Positions 13,641 to 28,920 are shown, counted from the first letter of the stretch. The stretch is DNA of 64,000 bases from Octopus vulgaris (GCA_951406725.2 OX597818.1:94798001-94862000); one strand, 5' to 3'. Translations and numbers: made by a program. Notes: generated by a model not told the origin, from the letters alone.

Positions 13641-14637
13641 TGTGAGCCTAATTTTTGAAATGTCAAAATCTTAGACATATCAAAGATTTTTTTTTATCTA
13701 TTTTACCTTTGAGAAAGGGTTGATCCTTTTGGTTTGGGATTGTACTTTTACTTCTTTCACTAACATTCTCTTATCCACCTTTTCATTCTTTTTCTATTCT
13801 TTATACTTCTTTCTATCTTTCTATGTATACAATTTATACATACATACATTATATATATATATATAATGTTTTCTCAAATTGAAACCAACTCCCAAAGTAT
13901 TGTTATTATGTGGGTTCTTTAGTATGTTTTGTGTGTGTATTCATTTTCTAACCCTAAATGACTTGACATCAATGTATGTGCCACAACCTGTAATCATAAG
14001 TAGAATGTGACAAAGAAACCACATGAAGTTAATGCATTTTTAAAAACATTTATTGTCAGTTGCTTTAACATTTCATAGTCCCCACTTCAAGTTGACTTAG
14101 CTTATTAGATTAGTGCCCCAAGTATCTCCTGAACTTCAGTATAAATATGAGTAAAAACCTACACATGGCAGTCATTCATATGTTCTTCCAGTTTCATCCA
14201 GATTTTGTTGAAATTGATAACAGATATCCCATGCCTAACCCAGATGAAATAATTGTCTTATTGTTTAAACCAACTATCGTTTCTGAGCCTGCAAACCTAG
14301 AATTAAAATATCCCAATTATGACTTTTTCAGGCACACTATAAATGTGTCATTCCTTTTATATATTATAAAGTGTGATTTGAGGGAGATATGGCTGCTATC
14401 TCAAGCAAGTTGGGTGACTGCATGGAAAATCCATCATTACATCAGCAAATAAAATGTATTTCGATTTGAATGCCAATTATCTGCAACTGAAACTGCAAAC
14501 CTTTTAAATCTGACCATATAGCAACTTATAAAAAAAATGACACAAGGGTAGTTTTACATGAATGTTCTGTTCTGGATGATGTCCAAGCTTTACTTGTACT
14601 GCAAACATGTGCAGTTCTACCACTGTCTGATCTTTAA

Positions 14638-14843
14638 CCCTTTTTTTACAAACCCACCTGAGTCTATGATACAAATTTCCTGTTTTAAAGTCATCTAAAT
14701 TAAAATCTTCCATTAGAATTTCATCTTAAACTATTTTCCAAATATCAGCTTAATAATGAGTTATTTCTCTAAATTATTCATTATTTTCAAAATTATTTGA
14801 AACAAAGACAGTGTATTTCAACCACAATATGATAACAAAAGAG
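14638..14843. mobile_element. TTAA-flanked MITE (piggyBac-like)
   Basis: TTAA|ccctttt...aaaagag|TTAA. Similar internal sequence occurs at about 52120-52260. Confidence 0.45.
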
Positions 14844-15104
14844 TTAATGTTACAATATTACTTTTATCACTTTTGTCACATGGCATTATATTTTGTTATA
14901 TTATAATTTATTATATTATGTCATTATTATTATTATACCTCTCTTAAACTAGCAACTATGATTTTGTGTTGTAATGGTATTGTCAAAATATATTGATATA
15001 TCAAAACATATGTATCAAGATATATGTTATATCATTATTGAATAAAAAAATAAGCAAACAAGTAAGAAAATAAGCCTTACAGCATTTAAATAAGTTACTG
15101 TTGT

Positions 15105-16200
15105 TAAGGTAGTGGAGTGGCATACATGAGTGGAGTACCAAGCAAAAAAGCTTTATGATACTTTTTGCACTTGGAATTCAAATCCCTCAATTGATGATTT
15201 CATTTCTTCACTTTTGTTCTGATAATATACTGACATCATTTCTATATTCCATACATCCCACACCTTACAAATTGATAAGCATCAACAAATGTTAGAAATT
15301 ATTGTAGTTGTTGTGGTGATATAGTGCAGCAGTTTTATTTCATTGCTAAAGCCACTTTACTATACTCATGCTGTTGGGAAATGCATAACTATCACAACAT
15401 AGATCTTTCTGAAGAGTCAGAACTAGGACTATGGTATTTTGTTGCAGCCCTTTTACAGTCTGAGTTCAAATCTTGCTAGCATCAACTTTGCCTTTCTGCT
15501 TTCCGAGGTTGATGAAATAAAGTACCAGCCAAATATTGTGGCCAATAGCATTGACTAATCCTCTCCACTCAAAATTACTGGCCTTCTGCTTAAATTAGAG
15601 ACAATTATTACTATTGTAAAGGTGGTAAATTAGCTAACGTATTAGAGCACTGCAGCATTTCTTCTGGCTATGTATATTCTGAATTCAAATGTACTGAATT
15701 GAACATCATTTTTTCATCTTTTCAAAATTGATAAAAATAAAGTGTAAGTCATGAAGTCAGTATACCTGGCTGTTCTCTCTCCACAAATTTGTGACCTTGT
15801 ACCTAAATTATATATTATTATGATTAGAGTTGTGGATTAGCAGAACCATTAGTGTTGGTAAAAATACTTTGCAATATTTGTTCCAGCTCTTTATGTTCTG
15901 AGTTCAGATCTGCCATGGTCACTTTGTCTTTCATCCTTTCCATAGAAATAAAGAACCAGTCAAGTACTGGAGTTAATGGTGTCAACTATTCCTTCCCCCG
16001 CAAAATTGCTGGCCTTGTGCCTAAATTACAGAGAATTATTCTTAACAACAGGAAGGCAATGAGCTGACAGGATCCTTAGTGCATTGGACAAAATTTTTCT
16101 GCAACATTTCCTCCAGTCAAGTACTGGGGTTGATGTAATTGACTTGCCCACTTCCCTCAGAATTGCTGGCTTTGTGCCAAAATTAGTAACAGTTATTATA
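15105..16200 (+). mobile_element. Tandem cluster of about 5 diverged copies of a ~200-bp tRNA-type SINE
   Basis: Recurring gagttcaaat...ctttgcctttc...aataaagtaccagtc...tactgggg...ggccttgtgcc(t/a)aaattag, with attatt tails. Other copies lie at about 9055-9245, 27640-27830, 43025-43235, 44630-44830 and 49855-50015. Confidence 0.8.
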
Positions 16201-17638
16201 AACATCAGAATTACTTGAAAGTGAACAAATCAGATTTTAATAAAATTTTGTGTTTTTGAAATTAACTTTCATTACTGCCTTTTGGATTTTTCTCATCAAA
16301 TCTGACTCCACTTCTACCCCTCTTCCTTCTCTCCTCTTTCTCACTCTCCCTCTTCTGAAAAGGGAATAAAATTACATGATTTTTTTGTTCCTTTACCACT
16401 CCCCACACAAAATGCCAAGTATTTTTAACAGTTGATTTTGTGTGGTTGTACCTTTTGTGCTATTCTCTGTGACTGGTTAGAACTGCTTCCAATTTGGCAT
16501 TTGTATAAAGCATGCCAGTCGCCATTTCTCACTAGAGAGTTTTACTTCCTTCACTTTAGAACTCTCTCAACATTTAGTTCTTTCACTCACATCAACGCTG
16601 GCTTTTCAGCAAGTTCTCTTGATGAACCAGCAGGCTGAACAAACAATGTCACCTTCTTGGAGGCATTTTCACACACCCTACTAGCACTGCCATCGCCTCC
16701 ATGTTGTTTCATTTTGGATCAACCATCTGTACTGGAAGAAGATTTAATTTAGCCAAGCATCGCATGCTCAACTACTAGACACACTTACAGACTACTAAAA
16801 GTGGTGACCGTTTGGCTAAACTCTGAATGGGATGCTGGTCCATTACAGGGTTATCTTACCAGCTATTGGTGAAATTCATTTGAGTTGAGTAGACTGGAGC
16901 CACATGAAATAAAGTGTTTTGCTCAAAAGCTTGAAGTACTGAAGATGCATGGCCTAACTACTAGGCCATGCACCTTCACCCACCAGTATCAAAGACCCTG
17001 TAAAAATGTTATGAGCACTTACCCATCTTTCTCTGAATAAACTGTAAATATATAGCCTCTTAGTATGAATATTATTTTTATGACAGAATTAGTAGCGCTT
17101 TCTGGATTCAACATGTGGTGTTTAGTTTCTCTTCTTAGGTTCTGAATTCAAATACAGTTCATATGGGCTTCCCCTTTTAAATTTAACTTCACTTCACTTT
17201 ACCGTTGTGAACATATACTCTGAGCTGCAACCTTTTTTTTCTCCTACATTTTTTTTTTTTTTTTACTAATAAAGTCATTTGCTAAAGGTCAGTATTTTAT
17301 TCATGTGTATATTTAATTCTCAGTTACCAACCTATAAGTTAAAATATGATTTTCCCAATTAACCTGGCTAGCAGAAATTCTCTTTGAAACACTAAACATC
17401 CATTCCACCCTGACTTTCCAATCCTTAACACCACTGACACTGGAATTGATCCAAGTTAAGAAATAGTCCTACAGATATATTGTGTTTTGTGATAGGACTA
17501 ATGTTAACTAACCAGTGCATCCAAACCATTGTCATAATACTATAATACATGTCTTCCTTTAGATTTTTTAGATTTTGTTATTGTTAAATTGTTCCCCTTT
17601 TTTGCTCTCCAAATTGGGGTGTTTTTATTATTGTTTTT

Positions 17639-17675
<37 letters not shown>

Positions 17676-20544
17676 GATGTTTTTCTGTATTTTTAATAAA
17701 AAATGCATACATATCTGTGTGTATGTATGCATACATACATACACGTGTGTGTATGTATATCTATATCTATTTATATATATATGCCTAGTACAATATTTTT
17801 CACCACTGAGTAGGTGTAGTAAGACTTCATCGTGCTCATTCCTTTCACCAGTTTAAAGACCGGATCCTTTCCATTTGGCATTGTCTGTCTTGTCTAAATT
17901 TATTTTTTATCAACTGATCTTAATGGAATTATCTCCTTTTTCTTTTTTACATTTTAAACACTCTTAGAAGGAGATTTTTGTCTACTAATTGGCCTGGATG
18001 ATCTCAGTTGATCAACACACTATTACATAATAAAATAACATTACTACTAAAATAACTATTAACAAAAACTGTGAGTGTGTATGTGTGTGTGTGTGCATAT
18101 GTACATGCATATATATATATATATGTATATTCATGTACATGTATATTTCATATGCGTGTATGTGTGGATATATATATATATTTCAACTGTTTCAAGTTCT
18201 GATTCACACTGTGTTGTATATAAAATATTGTTTAATTAATGACATTCCAACGAAAGCAAATGCAGAAAAATTAAGATGTCTACAACTGTGGTCACATAAT
18301 TTATGACTGCTGTATATTTATGGTCACTACTGTATGCGATTGATTGGGGAAACAATTAGGGTACATCTTTTTTGATGTGTGGCCAACAAACCATGAGACC
18401 TTCTATCAGGAAACTCCCTCCCTCTTCTTTGCACTCATCATAAAGGGCTTACATTATTTCACCCCCACCTAGGCTTTGTTCTATTTAAATTTCATTTCTA
18501 CTGATTCATGGTCTGTTATGCATAAAACACACACACAGATGTATTTATTTGTATTGGATATATGTGCAAGCACTTATATACATGCATATATGTTTATAAT
18601 TTAAGGCATATACATATAAAGATACAATTGTGTGTGTACACATATATCCATCTATCTGTTTATATATGTGTATAATGTTGGTAGTTCAGCCATCAGATTT
18701 GATGATGACCTAGCAACTTCAAAAAAAAAAAAAAACAGGTAAAAAGAAAAAGAGAATGAATGAAAAGGTTATAAAATGATACCTATAGTTATGTTCATCT
18801 ATTGGTGATCATTGAGGACAACATTTCAGCCATATGGCACCTCAACAGAAGATGCAACCATGTGGGGAACAGAGAATTACACCTGCTTCAACTTACACTA
18901 CAGCTTTTCTGTGTGTCTAGAGCTTAGGAAGTTGTGGGATTTTATCATGATAGATGTGTGATACCCCCACTGCTGCCATAAAAGGTCCACCATCAGTGGC
19001 TCTGAGAAGTTTCAACTATCACTAATCAATGAAGACTGCAACTAACTACACAGCTTATCAACAAAGAATGCAGTCATAGAATGGGGGAAGGTGGGAAGGG
19101 TTGTTGGCAGAAAACCTTGACTGCTCCTCTTTACACCACACCTTCCTTGTACCTGAAACTAAGGATCTATGGTATTTCATTATTACAAATGTGCTGAGCA
19201 CTCCAACCACTACCACGAGACCTCTTACTATGTATCAGTTTATTATGTACTATACATACTGAACTTGCTAGACACAAGTGCTAAACTAGCGCGTGACCCA
19301 ATACAATGATCATTGGCAACTAAACTGGCATTTGCACCAAGCTTGCTTGGTAAGAAAGATGACTTGTGATATCCTGCCGAATGAAAAGCAAGATTTGTCA
19401 AAGGCAAATGAATCTAAAGGAGGTAAAGGCTGTACAGTAATGTCTACATATATACATCAAATATTTGTGTGTATTTAGTAGCATGTTTTCATTTATTGAC
19501 CAAATGAAGCATAAAAGAAATAAGTAACATTCATGGTTTTGAAGTTGGTGACCGCAGGCCTATAGGAGAAACTGTTGCAAGTGGTAACATACTATCATAT
19601 TGGGTTAGAAGCCATGATGCAGGGCATACAACTGGAATGATACTTTATATCCTGGATATGCATCAAATTACACGGCTCTGTAAGGTTTGAAGATCCTTGT
19701 AGTCACTTTGGCAATCTACTACCTCACATAAAAGTTCAGTTGTCTTGGTTTTATCTTAACCACTGAGCAAATTGTATAAGAATGAGAGAGTCTGATGGGC
19801 ATGCAGTTCTTTCTCACTTTCAAAAGCATTGCACTAACCTAGTATTTGTGTCTAGTGAGGAAAACTGTGGTGCATGCATGCCCTCACACACATCATATTG
19901 AGTCAAATCTTGAGCTCTGTATACTGATCAACTGATCAGTAGACTTTAGCTGTTCAGAGATGTCTGTTGACTCAGTTAATTTTCTTTTGTTTAATATCCA
20001 CTTCTCACTGGAAATTTCCATCACATACTCTTTCTCTCTCTCTGACCTGCATGCACACTCATACACACACAGACAGACAGACAGACACACACACACACAC
20101 ACATGTCTACATCCTCACTTTTACCCCCTCTCTGTTGCTCTCTCTTTATATCTATGTGTCTACTGAAATTTCTCCCTTTCTTACACACTGTGTGTGTGTC
20201 TCTCTCTCTCTCTCTTTCTCGCTCTCTCACACACACACATTGTCTTACTAGAGGTCTTCCTGTCTTATTAATTATATTATTGTTTACCTACCAACCTATT
20301 ATCTATTTTGTGTGAGTGTCTATTTATCTCCACTTGTCCAACAACTAATCTCTCTACTTAAATGTGTCTCTCTCTGTCTCTTTCTTCTATCTACCTCTCT
20401 CTTTATTCCCCACCACCAACCAACACCTATGAAACAAGTACTATATGAAGAATCTAGCTCTACCCATATTAACAAATTTCATAAGGCACCCCTCCTAGAC
20501 TTTCTACCTGTTCTACACCTATGCTGTTATGTTTCATCCCCTAG

Positions 20545-20619
20545 GGAGTACACAACAGGTTAGTAACAATGGCCAGTCACAAGGAACACCACCTCCCACA
20601 CCCAGCTTTACTGCTGCAG
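20545..20619 (+). CDS. Candidate cassette exon (75 nt, phase 1-1): (G)STQQVSNNGQSQGTPPPTPSFTAA
   Basis: The acceptor is gttatgtttcatcccctag| and the donor is CAG|gtaatt. The length is a multiple of 3, the frame is open and the peptide is low-complexity and linker-like. Confidence 0.65.
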
Positions 20620-21689
20620 GTAATTATTCTATTCTCCTTTATTTCTCTACAACTAATACCCTACATTTGCACTTGTTTCTACCATCAATTACACCACCTT
20701 TACTAATAACAAATACTAAGGATAACTATGGAATCAGTTTGCTCTTTTGTATTTAGTTTGTTTGAAATATATATATATGAAGATTTTTGGTTGTTTTTTG
20801 TTGTGTTTATATTTACTCATGTTTTTATCAAAGAGTAACATTTTGATAAAAAGTGTAGTTCTGTATTACCTCTTGGTAAGTGGGATAAGAGATGTAAGCT
20901 ATCATCATCATCATCATCATTGTCATTAGTTCTGTTTTTTATGTTTGAGTTTTTCCTGTAATGGCTGATGTTGAACAGTAACCCTCTATATAATACACCT
21001 TCTCGCCATCTTATCAACTTTCATCATTCTAGGTCTCACCTATTTTCTTAATTTGAAGTCCTCTTTGGTCTTCATCTGTCACAAATTCTTTTCATGTCCA
21101 CCTGGACTACATTTTCATCCACCCCGCATCCTCCAGTTACATTAATTGCCCACTGTATGAGTTTAAGAATCTTTTTCATCTATATATGCTAATATTCTGA
21201 GCCCAGGAGTTTTCTCTTCTCTCTTCTACTTAGATTTCATGAATTATCATTGTACATTTAACTGGCCATATTTACTTTGTTCCTCTACAGTAGCTGTAAA
21301 TATTATACATTCAATATCCATGTCTCACTGCTATACATTACTACTCCCTTTACACACATTACATATTATACACACATATAATCTGCTAAATTCCTTACCT
21401 TGTGTCTCACTACCATACAATCTGAAAGATCATACCTGCTTCACTGCCATCACATATGCCATCATACATCTTACACACATATCTTAAAAATGAAGAATAA
21501 TGCATCAGATAATGTAGTCCTAAGTGAACTATGTCCAAATAAAAGGTAGAATCTCAATGATCATGATTGAAACATCTTTGATCATAAGTCTAGATCAAAT
21601 TTTAATAACAGCACATCACAAACACACTACATATAATACATTATATGCTCAGCCCCTAAAACCAGATTCACTGTTGTCTTAGTTTTCTA

Positions 21690-22520
21690 TATCCCACCAG
21701 TGGGTTGTTGCTCTGGAGAAATTTAGTGAATGCAATGTTATTACTTCTGGCATCAATAAAGCTTTTGACGACATCTGCTCCTCTTGAGCTCCACTCACCT
21801 CTCATCTCTTAAAATGGTAGCTTCTTATCAAATCACACTCACATCTATTGACAAAGCACTTTCTCTACCTCACTCTATCAATTTTGCATCCCTTAGGTTC
21901 ATTATGTTCCCTCCACTCTCTTAATACATCAATGACCTACTTGTCATCACATTTACCATCACCTGCCCTTGCACAGCTGATACTACACTTCATTCTTCCC
22001 TAATTATGCATCAGCCACAAACAACCTAGATACCACATATCAAAATCCATACCGATTCCATAAATAGTGACCTCAAAATCAATCTCTAAAAGGAAATGCC
22101 AATCTTGTTTCATTTAACTATGAAGTACCACAGATGGTACTCATTACTCTATACTTTTCTGTAAACATGTAGCATGCAACTAGAGCCATCACAATCTCTC
22201 CATATGATGATCCATACTATCATTGAGGATCACTCCTGACAAGAGCACATTGTTAACATACCAAGGGCTGTATCACCACAAGTGGCCCTATGCTTCAGAG
22301 CCCATGTGACCTCTACTCAGTTATATGCAACCCCTTCATCTCTCCCCTTCTCAACATATTGTTGTGTCCAAACACATCCTAATGCTAACCCCTCAATGAC
22401 CACTATGTCTGTCCAGTGTTCCTCCAGAAGATTGTCCTTTGGAACTCACTCCTTGTCTTTCACACAGGTGTTAACTTGCTATGGTTCAGAAGGAACATTA
22501 ATGGCATCAATCTCGGTAGT
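21690..22520 (+). mobile_element. Highly decayed LINE reverse transcriptase remnant (CR1/Jockey-like)
   Basis: Degenerate motifs INKAFD, INDLL and ADTTLH occur in RT order, interrupted by stops and frameshifts. Confidence 0.5.
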
Positions 22521-25500
22521 TTATGAGAACCCATGAAGGACATGAACATGCACACACACACACACACACTCTAGAGCAAGCAAGTAAAAAGAATTTTTTT
22601 TTTAATGTTTCACTATTACATGTTACACCTATTGTATACATCACATATATATTCACTGTCCATCTTTCAATACCATACATCTTCACATTTCATACAACCA
22701 GCCATGTAATGATCATCAAAATATGTTTCATCTTTGTCAAACCCAATCTTAAAAGTAATTACCTCATGCAGATAACATTACCAACATTATTGTCAGCTAT
22801 ATATCAAGGTAACAAATCACTGCTAGTTTGGTATCTCAGTAACAATGTCATCATTATTACTGCTAGCTAGATATCAATATATCATGTTCAATGTCATCAT
22901 CATCATCATACCACCACCATCATTGCCAGTTAAATATCAGGGTATTAATATCCACTCATTTGATGGTCTTCCTTTTATAACTGCTGTTAACTGCTCTATC
23001 ATACAATTACAGCATGGTGTTTATTTGACCACGGGCACAATAGAACACTAATTACAGGATATAAACTACCGACCTTCCAATACCCTAACACCTCAGCAAT
23101 CCAGATCTCTTAAGTTACCAATGATAACCAGAGAATCTGCTGTCTCATAATCAGCAATTAACAAAAAAGAAAAACACTCTTCTATTACTACTTCTTGACT
23201 TCTGTTCAGTACACTTTATATATTTAATCGATTCTGCAAAGTTCATGCGTTGCCTGTCATCCATGTTTATCTATTTTTACACTTTATATTTTACTACAGC
23301 TTCTTCTGTATAGATAAGATGAACAGGCTTATTATAGTAACTCAGTCAATAAATCATCTTTCTTATATCTTCCTATAACTTATCACTGTTGTGCTTAATG
23401 CATTTTAAACACTGCAACAGCACGTATACAATCAGTCTACACAGTTATTTCTGATTGACCTATTCATATTGACCACATCCAGCAGTGTGTCTGTGTGTGT
23501 AGTGTATATGTCTGTGTGTGTGTGTGTGTGTGTATGTGTATAAATTAGCTATTATGAAAACAGTTAAAATTTTAAATATAAATTATATATGATATTTACA
23601 AGCACTCCTAAAAGCAAATAAAAAGGAGAACTACTTGTTACCCACCTGCAGTTGATATCCTAACAGAGTGGATAACCTTGTTTTCTTTTTTACAATTTTA
23701 ATCAGTGCTCATGACCATTGTTTGCGTGTGTATGTGTTTGTAGGCTATATAGGCACAGATATAGCTTTGTGGTTAAGAAGTTTGCTTACCAGCTATATAG
23801 CCTTAGGTTCAGCCCTGCTGCATGACATCCTGGGCAAATGTCTTCTGCTATAACCCCCATTGAAAAGACCTACTGTGGGTTTGTGTGTATATATGCACAT
23901 ATGTGTTTGTTTGAATTTGTATCTCTCAAACAGTCACTCAGCTACTAGCAGTGATGTTGTCCTTTATTTCTACAAATCTGCTGGCTTTGCAGTTTCAAAG
24001 ACAAGTGAAATAAGAGATCCCTTCCATGTAAAGTAGGTAAAGGTTAGTGATAGGAAGGTTATTCACCTATGAAACAATGCCTCATTACTGTAATCATTTA
24101 ACCCATTCCAGAATGGAAAGACAAATGTGAAAACAAATATATTTAGATAACCTTAATCTTTGGGTAGGACTGTGTGCATACTTGTGTGTACTTTACAGAA
24201 TACAGTGATTTTGAATAGTCTTTGTATGTAGCATTAAATTTACACTTTAACGCTTTTGTTTGAAAGTTAGATAAAATAAGTAGTTATTTGTGTGTGAATA
24301 TGTGTATACATTACATACATAGCTGTACCTTTCCATTTATACATAGTGTGTGTAAAGAGGTAGTAAACATGTATTAACTGTAGTAATTTAATTGTTAGTG
24401 TTTTTCTCCTATGCTGTCATTATGTCAAATTACTGGTTTTAACTCCTGTATTTATTGCACCATTTCATAGTAGATTACCCTTCATTAACTTTACTGGCAA
24501 TCAACTTCAGCTAGTTAAGTGGCTTGTGTCAGAGCTATGAGCAGGTTTCAAGAGAGGTTTTTACTCCAGGTGTTATGTGTACACAGACATAACTTTCTGA
24601 AACTATTTGAAATGCAAATTGTTTAGCAAAGTGAAGTAAAATTGTTAGTATGTTGGTGTTTTCTAAAATTAGTTCTTGTTTTGATTTGTTTAATAGTTAA
24701 TTAAGCATATGAAGGTTATTTATCAGTGTTGTACCACCTAAGAGCATTCAGTATCCTGCTATAGTTATGAAATCTGATCAGTATAAAACCATGAACAGAA
24801 CTATATTCTTTTATCCTATAATGTCAAGATTCTACTTTAGGATTTGATTGATGAGATGAGTTGGATGTTTCATTAACATATAATCTCCATTTCACCATTT
24901 ATAATATACAATCCAAGGACCAATACAAAGTCTAAGTCTGTTTCTAAAATTTCAACATCTTGTAGCTAACTTGATAGAAGCACACAAGATTATCCACCAT
25001 CTTTCCAACAACAGCTCTAGCCACTTTTCTCTGTTCAATACCTTTTATTACCTGTAAACATGCTCATAAAATCAAAAAACAGCATAGCATACAGACTTTC
25101 AGAAACCATTTTTCATGCTCACAATTACAGAAGCTTGAAATAAACTGTGTTGGTCGTTAGATGTCTTGACATTGTATCCTTCAAAAATTCTAAGCTTCCC
25201 CAAATTTGCCAATATCAGTCCTGATGTACCCTTTCTTGTTTATGGCTCATTTTCTGTTCATTTTTCTGAATTTTTTGTTTTATTTTGTTCTGTGCATGTG
25301 TAGTTTTGGCTATCAATTTTGTTTGTCTTTACTTATTGCTGCTTTCTGTTCCTCTTTCACCCTTTTCTGATTAACTGTAGTGTACCAGAGCAGTGTATAC
25401 AATAAGCTCATTATTATAATAAATCATGTTTGTTGATCATTAGCTTAATTTATGAAATGGGAGAGCAGTTTTAATACTTGATTTCTTGTACAAATAATTT

Positions 25501-28500
25501 GATTTTTTTTTAACAATGCTTTATTTTTGTTTGATTTAATCATTATCATCATTATCATCATCATTTTAATGTCTGCTTTTCCATGCTTGCATGGATTGGA
25601 CAATGCATGGTTCATTGACCTTTTGACATTTCAACTTTATTGAATTCTTTGTTTCTCTAAAAGCTTCTTTTCCACATAATTATCATTTTATTAACTACCA
25701 AATTATAATGTAACGTTGTTTATATTTTTATCTGATTATTAATGAGAGGCTTTAGTGACTGAGTTTCTACTACCTAGATAGTTTCGATGATGGATGGACC
25801 TTATTGGATCATTAGCCTTAGCTATAATTTAGTTGGATAAATGATATCTCAAGTCATTCTTTTTACTTCCAATATAATCTATACAATTTGTTGTTTTATT
25901 TTTACCACTAAAGACTGACTTTTTTTGTTTGATTCATTATTTCTGATTTGATTCATTCTTTCAACATATTCTCCCACCCTTACTAATGTATATATATAAT
26001 TGCAGTGTTATTCTTTCTCTCCACATCACTCCAAACGTCATTACAATGGATTATAAAACTACACATTTGTGTAGCATTATATTTTATTTTATCAAAGAAG
26101 TAACTTACCTCAGATTTTATGTTTAGAATACTTTTTATGCTGTCTTGAATACATTGTTAGAACGATGTTCTGACTAAACTTGAAATACATCTCATAATTG
26201 ATTAGTAATTCATGAACAACTACTATTGACTTTTTGATGGCAATGGTGGAATGGTGTTGTTGTTGTTGGTAGTGGTGGTGTTTAGCCTTAGATCAGCCCT
26301 AATTGAGCAGAACTATGATCAAAGGTGTTCCAGCTGTCTTCGTGTGTCAGGGACTTATCCTTCTTTATTTAAGACATTGCAATTCAAGGGATACTTGGCT
26401 GCTGTTCCTAACACAGGCTGCCACCATATCTTTGATAATATTTATAGTGTATACTTATGCTAGGGCCTAAATAGGTTAGCTACGCTGGCCCATGCTGTTC
26501 TACAGCTGCTTCCCTTCACATTTACAGCAATTACCCATTGTACAATTGACACTTGGTCGGTCAATAATACAGTTACTATGATTTATATACACCTGGTTAA
26601 TGTAATCACACAAAAAACGGCATTTATTTCATTTCCACAAAGCAATTTATCACAGTTTTAAATGATCAATGGTTTTGTATCTGTGCTAGGATATAGTAAA
26701 AGTCAGCTATTGAAGAGTACAGTTGCCACTGCTAACCCGACTAGTAAGAATGATCTTACCCAAGTATTATTGAGATAAAGCAATGGAGTTGATTACAACA
26801 TTGCAAGATAAGCATATATCAGACATTAATTAAAAAGCTTCATCTAGAAATCTTTGTTGGTTATGGAAATGCTGGATAAATATACATAGCTCTTTGATAG
26901 AAACAAACAACAGCTATTGTCTATGTGACTATATGGATTAGGTATCTCCAGTTAAGGCAAACAATTAAGCTATAACTTTACTACTATTTGTTTATCTTTT
27001 CTTCACTTATGTAGAAGGGTAATAGGTGGATAGGGTAAAACTCGGAGTTAACTCCTGCAGTTACTGGAATTTGAATTCAGAAGAACACTGTGAATTGATA
27101 TGACCCTATGCTCTACCACTTCTATGAACAGTCTCTTAAACTGATATTAGGCCCTAGTTGTTAGAGGAAGAGTATAACTAGTTGAGTCAGTCCAAATACC
27201 TTAACCCAGAGAGGTGAACAACTAAATCCAGTCTGCCCTGGCTTGATATTAAAATTTGAATGGAAACTATATATTGTAAAATGTCTCCTCTGGCACTCTA
27301 CCATTTCTGCCACAAATATACTATTTTACTGTTATTCTGTATCAATACTAGCCATAATGATTTGGTAGAGAGGTGTATTGGCTCATATGGTAGGACAGTC
27401 GATAATATATACATGTTGGATGGCAGATAATCTGGATGTGTGTGTGAGGATGGGTGAGTGGTTGGCAGATAATGTGTTTGTGGCAAGGTAGAATGTTGGT
27501 AGTACATATGTCTGTATGTTGGGTAATATACATATGTGCATGCAGAAAAAAAATGACACATTATATAAGTAGCAGTGTGGTGTGCAAGTAATGCAGGTGG
27601 CTATGAGTGTAGGGTGATGGTAAATATAAATGTTTAAGGCAGCACACTGGGCAAAATGCTTAGCAGCTTTTCGTCCATCTTTAGGTTCTCAGTTCAAATT
27701 CTGTTGAGGTCGACTTTGCATTTCATCTTTCGGGGTCAATAAAATAAGTGCCTGTTGAGCACTGGGGTCGATGTAATCAGCTTACCTCCTTTCCTGAAAT
27801 TGCTGGCCTTGAGCCAAAATTTGAAACCAATATAGGTATGTATATGTGTATGTAAGAGTGGTAGCTACTGGGTAATTAATAAAAGTGGCTGGTGGTTACA
27901 TTATTCTTTTACTTGTTTGAGTCGTTTGGGTGTAACCATGTTGGTGCCCCACTTTGAAGTGTTTAAAAAATCAAATCAACCCTAGTACTCATTTTTCAGT
28001 CTCATATTCATTCTGTTAGTTGCGTTATGCTGCATTGCTATGTTATGGGTAATGTAAACAAAGTAACACCAGATGTACTTGACTGTCATTGTTAGTTTGT
28101 TTACATATCCTGTAACTTAGTGAAAGACAAACATACATGCATACACATATTCATGCACAAACACATACATCTCTGTTATTTGTTGAATAGTAATAGCTGA
28201 CCATAGCTTTGTAAAGCAAAACGCTCAATAAAAAAGTTCCACAATAGAATGTAAGCATGGATGGAACACTCTGAATTCCTCTTGCAAGAGGCATCCATCA
28301 TTGCCTCATCTGTGCCAAAGAGTATAGGTCCCTAATGAAACTGAAAAGCCACTCCTGCACTGGATATGTGTAAGAGAATGATCAAGTGATGGCATTGCTC
28401 AAAATCAAGATGCAGCCATCATATATGAATGTGTTGAACCAGACTGACTACCCTCAAGTGAGTAACTTTTGATCTCTATAAGTCTGAAAAGACTGTCAGA

Positions 28501-28920
28501 GACATAATTAGCTGGCACACCTTGACCAATATCATAGCAACATTTTAGGTTACATATCACCCCCCATGACTAGTATTTACCTACTTGAAACACCACAGGG
28601 CTCACTCAGCTTTATTTAGTCTACATAGCCACAGATGTATGTACATACACTGTCTCATTTGCTGCCACAAGACCATGGAGGAGAATATGTATGGGATATG
28701 GTCATTGTTCTTTAACCCCAGATTAGTCCTGATCAATCAGACCTTAGATTGGAGGGATTTCACTCATGACCATACCATTTCTATCCTCTGGACCAGAGAT
28801 TTGGCTGCTCTTTCTGGCAGAAAATGCCAGATAGAAGTTCCCTAAAGCTTGTATTAATATGGTAGAATATATTTGAAGTTGCTATAGGTCAGTATTGAAT
28901 GTTGCATGTCTGATTAAAAG

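Noticed and set aside
15105-16200. CRISPR-like or other regular repeat-spacer array
   Set aside because: The units are ~200-bp diverged SINE copies in a eukaryotic intron, with no constant short repeats and unique spacers.
16432-16750. Exon-like GC-richer segment (…SASSLDEPAG*)
   Set aside because: No consistent acceptor/donor pair, and it abuts a SINE relic; probably repeat-derived.
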